Assembly: GCF_009914755.1 (NCBI RefSeq)
Contig: NC_060931.1
Length of the DNA: 64,000 nt
DNA from: the human T2T-CHM13v2.0 reference genome, Homo sapiens
Direction: 5' to 3' (one strand)
This document shows positions 58,034 through 64,000 of the stretch, piece after piece (the first letter of the stretch is position 1; each line of letters starts with the position of its first letter). The notes under the pieces were generated by a model, which was given only the letters and a program-made list of their open reading frames with translations, was not told the origin of the DNA and did not search any database. The translations under genes and the position numbers were made by a program.

Positions 58034-60429
58034 AAGGATCTAAAAAAGTATGTAGTGGCAATATTATAAACAAATTAGAAATATGGGTTTTTATGTTTAT
58101 ACAACCATGGACCATTCTCAATGATTAGGCAGAAATGAAGTTTAAGTTATACTTTGAGATGCAGACTTACATTATATTGTGGAATTTCATTGAGGTTCTG
58201 TCACTATGTTGTTTCAGCACTTAAAGCAACTTCTGAATAATTTAATGAATTTCATTAAACAATGTGATAGGTTACTGTATCTTCTGTACATTTGAAGAGT
58301 GATATTTAGCTCCCATATTTTGATTATTGCTTATTTATGTCTTTTTCCAGCCAGAGTATGAGATGTACACTTAAAACATTTCATTTTAAAGGTAGCATGA
58401 AGACTTTCTCTAAGCTCAACTGTTGTATTCTTCCGACTGGAGATTTTGTTGGTTCATGTAATGTTAGAATAGTCATGGTAAACTTCCTTAAGTGCTTAAG
58501 TGTAAAGTGCTTATTTCTCATATAACCTTAGCAGTTACAACAACCTATGTTTTAGAAAGTTATGGTTCAGTGAGGGAAAAATGTGCAGTGTAATCATGAA
58601 AATAAGGAAAAAACATAGCTATGTACTAAATTCTTAATTACTCCCTAAAGTTGAGATTTACAGTTCAAGAAGAGGCCTATATATCTTAATAAATTCAACA
58701 GTGACACATGAGAATAATGTAAGAAAACAACTTGGGTTTCTGAGGGTAGGGGATAAAAATATCATTTAAGAAAATGTAAAATTTGCAAATTCTGTTATTA
58801 AGAATGATCTCAAAATGATCTGAAAATATATAAATATAGGATGAAGTGAGACATTATTTTAAATATATCCCTCTATTATTTTGCTTCTATTTCTCAGGAA
58901 AGACAACGCTAAGCATTATAAAGAAAATGAATTAAACTTTAGACATAATTCCAATCTATTCTGGGCATTACTTGGAAGTAAAACAACTTACCACTTTTAT
59001 ATTTTATACATGAGATTGTTTTTATTTGATACAAAATGATATAAAAATAATCAAAAGATCATAACCTGGTAGAATTGAAAAAAAAATTGCAGATTATTTA
59101 GTCATTATATTGTAGCCCAATGCCACATTTTGTATTAATTTAGTGAAAAGGACGACAAAACCAAATAAGAATGTAGTAGATAAATTCCTTTTACTTTTAG
59201 ATGGAAAATCAACTAATTCACTAATAAACTTGTTTTGTATTTTTTACTTTTCACATTTTCTTTCAGAATTGGAATATAAAGAAGACGTAATAAAATACTT
59301 TAAAAATTATAAACTGTTAAATTGTTTGATCTAAATTGCCAGACTAAATTCTGCTGTAATCTAAACTTCATTTTTTCCCCTAATGATGTCTGTCCCTGTA
59401 AAACTAACTAGAGGGAACTAGCAAATAATTCCCAAATACTCTGGAGGGCATTAAAGTAGTCACTTTCTCCTTTAGAAAAATGAATCCCCAAGGCAAATGA
59501 ATCATTCTTCCCACCTCCTTAGTCAGCCTCCAGTGTACTTACCTCTTTCCTAGGCCTCAAGTTTGCCCAGTTATCTGTGCCACTGATTTTGCTTGGCCAG
59601 TTTTTATTTTTATTTTGTTGGGACTATTTGAATTTCTGCCTCTCTGAGCTATCAGAAAGCCTGAAAATTGAAGCTATTCTCAAATAATGTTGAAAAAAAT
59701 CTGGAACTATGATTCTGGAAGTCTCTCAGTCAATGTAACTATAAAGCTACAGATTAGTTTTTTAAAAAAAGAAAAACAACAACAACAAAATCTATTGAGT
59801 TAAATTTCTTTCTGATTGAAGACATGCATTTTTTTATTTAAAAAATAGGAAAATTTTAAAGCTAAAGTTGAAAATAATACAGGGCTTTTTAGTCATAGTC
59901 ATTTTTTATTATTATGTCTGTGGCTGATTAGCACAGTGGGTCTAAATTAATGGCCAGAAAAATGGTCACAGAATGCCTCAAAGCTCATAGCTGATGTTGG
60001 CCTAATATTGACCTTACGATGTTCACTTATCATTATGTATGAAGAAATCACATAGAAGCAATTACATTTGATAAGCACTTGTTTTCTATCATTTTCTTTG
60101 TGAATGCATAAAATTGTGAATACATACACATAGTGAATTTGAAACAATGATGACAAGATTACATCTTTTAGTTTTCTTTGTCGACATTTAGCTGATGAAC
60201 AGTATAGGAAAAAGTATCCAGAAGGTTTTTAAAGCTATGGCTAGTCCAGTTCAGGGCAAATCAAAAGTACCACTAAATGACAAATATTTTCTTTCGATTT
60301 AATCCTTGTGAAATAAGTCAACTAAATTATGCAATTGTGGTTTCACATCATCCTTCCCCAAAGAAGTTTTCTCATTGCTGAACAAGGAAACATTAATGGA
60401 TGAGGAATTTTCAGACCAATTTAGTTGTT

Positions 60430-60449
60430 TGTGTATATACATATATATA

Positions 60450-60491
<42 letters not shown>

Positions 60492-60531
60492 CACACATGC
60501 ATATATATACATATATATACATATATGCATA
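60430..60531. repeat. (TA)n/(TG)/(CA) compound microsatellite
   Basis: Seen directly. Confidence 0.93.
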
Positions 60532-61629
60532 CCAGGCTTTAAAACATGCTACTTTGTATTTCTATTTTTTTCAACATTTCCTATACACATATAGCTATAG
60601 AAAATTCATGTATATTAAAATGAGTATCCGTGTTTCTTAAATGATTTTTGAAAGAATTGTAATCACTATAAAGAGAATGTCCCTGAATCTCTTTATAGAA
60701 TTGCTCTTACATAATGCACTTCCAAGCCCTCCAAAATGGTTCTACTCCCATACACAGATGTTTTTCTTTCTTAAAGTAGGAAAACATACATAGCATAAAA
60801 TGCACACAGGCTTATTTTAAAATAATTTCAGGATTAAATTTCTGAATTAAGCTTTATTTTTAGCTTGTCACAAATTCCAAACAGCACATGCTTTTACAGA
60901 TTTTTTAATGCTTCTATCAACAAACATGATAAATTATATTTTTATCATTCCATAGAGAAAGTGGATCTTTATCTATCTGACTCAGCGTTCTTAGCTTCAA
61001 GGTAGACATTTGATTTGTTGGCTTTCACTGGATGGTAATAGTAGACTATTTTAGAAGACAGCCTCAAATGTATCCTGACAATTATGAATTCTGCCTGCAA
61101 ACTTTTGTTCATTTTTCCTTAGATTTGGACCTCAGGTCCTCTCCTTGATCTGAAACATCTTGTACCTCCATTGCTACATGCCACGTACCTCTCTTAGGAA
61201 GATAATTCTCTCACCCTCCGACTTCAAGACTTTGTCTATCTTTTGCTGCCACTATTAACTCTCTGTTTTTCCTCATTGCCTTTCTAAAACTTCTTTTTTT
61301 TATTATTGAATTACTTTTAAAAACGCCTCTCTTGCCTCCTTTCCAAGCATCCACACAAAAGTTCTGTAGGTTCCAAAAACATTGCCATCTTCTTCCTAAG
61401 TGTCTTTTAATCCACATTGATGACATACATTCCTGTGTTGTGCTCTCTTTAATGCCACAATTAAGTATAATCGATTTAATGCAAACTTTACCTCCCGTGA
61501 TAAAGATAAGTCAAATTTATAGTATCATTCTAATTCTCTGTATTCCAAGATTATACAGGTTTCTGTAGCTGTAACACCAGTCACTTTCCACTGAAATTTC
61601 AACATGTGGAGGCTCTAAGGTCCTTTAGG

Positions 61630-61758
61630 GTCTTAAATCTTCATGAGGATAGAAACCTGGAGGTTTTTTTGTTTGTTTTCTGCTATATCATCATTGCTCA
61701 CCAGATTTCTACTCTTAGTAATAGTTCAACAAATACCTTATAAAAGAATGACTGAGTG
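61630..61758 (+). mobile_element. LINE-2 3'-end fragment
   Basis: ttcatgaggatagaaacc...tgttttctgctatatc...agttcaacaaatac...gaatgactgag. Confidence 0.45.
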
Positions 61759-61907
61759 TTTTTATTTCTAGGGTCTCAGCTGCATGGGTGGTCTCCATAG
61801 CTGGAGAGCAGAACAAGCCTCTGTGTGTGAGCATTCCTTGGCTCCCTAAGCTACATTGCCATCTACTGCTCACACTTGTGGCCTTTCATGGTGGCAAACA
61901 GATGAAG

Positions 61908-61970
61908 CTCCCTCTCTCTCTCTCTTTCTCTCTGTGTGTGTTTGTATATGTGTGTGTGTATGTGGGGAGG

Positions 61971-62012
<42 letters not shown>
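61908..62012. repeat. (TC)n-(TG)n-(GA)n compound microsatellite
   Basis: Seen directly. Confidence 0.93.
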
Positions 62013-62015
<3 letters not shown>

Positions 62016-63322
62016 ACCTCGTTGGCTTTTATCTACACATTTTATGCACTTCTCTGTCTTTATGCTTTTGTTTTATTTAGTTTTTGTCTGACGAGAGTCC
62101 CTCCAGCCCCCACTACCATCCCACAGATTTCTTTCTCAGGACTTTGTTCTCCAATGGTCATATTGTGAAAATATAAATTTTACTGTGTTCTTTTAACACA
62201 AGTCTTTAATCCATACAGGTGGAGTGAAACACTGTTTAGAAATTTGAAAGTAAAACTGCCAACTAAAAATTAAATATTATTACTATTTTAATTTCTCACA
62301 TTTGAATCCATCTTTTCTTCAAATGAAGGTGTTTTAAATTTTTAATTTTAGTGCCACTGTTCTGTCAGAAAGAGAAAAGATAAAATCACGTATGTGCTTT
62401 TTTCAAAATCCCAATTTTCTTTTAAGTCAAAGTCTAAGTGAACGTAACCTGATTTTCTTTCCTAATAATTAGTTAACTAATATTTAGTTGTTATATTGTA
62501 TTCTCTCCTTTATTTGCCCTATCTGTGGTCTTTTCAGATTCTCACAACTATTTGTGTGATAATGTCCCCTTTGATGCTCATGTCATACAGAGATGTCTTC
62601 CATTCTGTTCTCGTTTTTTTTAAGAGTCATCCAGTCTAAGACAGTCACTAGAAAAAATATTTCTCTGAAAGAGACTTTATTTGAAACAGGTATCAAGTTG
62701 ACTAAATAAATGCTTAAATATTAAATTTTCAGTATATTCTGTTTAGAGGACGTATGTATAGGTGTGGCTTTCCTTATTTTAAAAACACTGCTTAGAAAGA
62801 GGACAATGCAATCAATATTTGTTATACACTATAATTTTGATGGCATATAAATACCTATTTTAGAAAGAAAATGAGTAATGAATAATCTTCATATTGGAAT
62901 TTCATTCAAAAGGTGAAAATTTGTTTCATATCGATGATTCTACAATGAGTATATTTAAGTGCAATTGTTCTGCTATTAATTTGTTTACTTTTAAAACAAT
63001 GTTTCTTGTAGATGTTGGCAAAAGACAGAAGATTTGGAAAGAACACACCGATTTATATATAACAAAACAATTTAAAATATATTTTGAGCTGTCTTATGTA
63101 CAGTTTTAGTCACATATTAGATCTGGGTTACTACCAAAAACAAAACCACACAAAATAACAAGAAGCTATACTCTATTCTGAAAATAGATCATAGGCTAAG
63201 GGAATCTGTCTCTGATAAATTCTGTGTTGTAATATTACTTTCAGGGTTCCAAAGAGTAAGTGGACTCTAAAACATGTATGAGATAATGATCCCCCTCAGC
63301 TAATGTTCCATAGCATTGTTAA

Positions 63323-63365
<43 letters not shown>

Positions 63366-63384
63366 CGTGCGCGCGCATATGTAT
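63323..63384. repeat. (TA)(TG)n(CG)n alternating purine-pyrimidine tract
   Basis: About 62 bp of uninterrupted alternation, including 8 CpGs. Confidence 0.95.
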
Positions 63385-63432
63385 CTATGTACCTGTCTGT
63401 ATTATATTAACTTATAATCACATCACTTAAAC

Positions 63433-63594
63433 CAGTAAACTTTGGCTACCCACTAGAATCACTTTTCAAAATACAAATTTTGGGTCTCATCTTGGAATAA
63501 TTGAATCTAAATCACTAAATGTGGGATCCAGGCATCGGTATCTTAAAAATTCTCCATGATGATGCTAATGTAGAGCCAGAGTCAAGGACCCGTG
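63433..63594. mobile_element. MER5-family hAT-Charlie MITE
   Basis: aaactttggctacccactagaatcac...ggcatcggtat...tgatgctaatgtagagccagagtcaaggacc. Confidence 0.7.
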
Positions 63595-64000
63595 AACAAA
63601 TAAGTAGAGAAACAACCCAGCACATTATGAAGTATGTTAGTTACTAGTTTTCTGAGGCTGCAGGATGGCAATCATTATACAATGTGAATAAACTACAGAA
63701 GAAAGGGCATATGAGTAATTTTCAGCCCTAGAATTGGTTCTCTTATTGTTCATCGCATATGCACCCCTCATAAAAAGTACCATAAATACATTCCTTCAAC
63801 AAGTGCAACAAAGGAAGCAAATTCAGAAATCATTCTCTTGTTACTTCCAATATGTGCGTATACCTTAGGCAAATGTCTAGGTCTCCATGGTGGGTTCTAA
63901 CATGACTATCCTGTGGCTTCACCCCATGGGGAGACAAAAATTTTGTTTGCAGAGAGAGTTTATTTTTACAGCAAATCAGAGAAGAGGTTTCCCTCCATAT

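Overview
This is AT-rich, CpG-poor primate (probably human or ape) genomic DNA, intergenic or deep intronic. I found no credible host protein-coding exon, RNA gene or CpG island. Much of the window is fossil transposable elements. These include a two-LTR HERV9/LTR12 provirus (15437-21374; 4-bp TSD, tRNA-Arg PBS, RT and integrase absent) and a near full-length L1PA15/16-like element nested in an older L1MA. There are also several truncated L1PA/L1M copies, HAL1, L2, six Alus and an Alu monomer, MaLR/ERVL/MER57 LTRs and small DNA transposons. The informative ORFs are decayed L1 ORF2 or ERV gag pieces; the rest are noise. I see no evidence of a new biological system. The most unusual structures are: (i) a cluster of templated insertions and duplications at 41.45-42.72 kb, including a piece apparently copied from the MER57 LTR 2 kb upstream; (ii) an MLT1 element with a single LTR flanked by internal sequence on both sides; (iii) several small template-switch scars; and (iv) a possible short L1 3' transduction. 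Subfamily names come from remembered consensus motifs and need RepeatMasker/Dfam confirmation. Boundaries of old elements are approximate.
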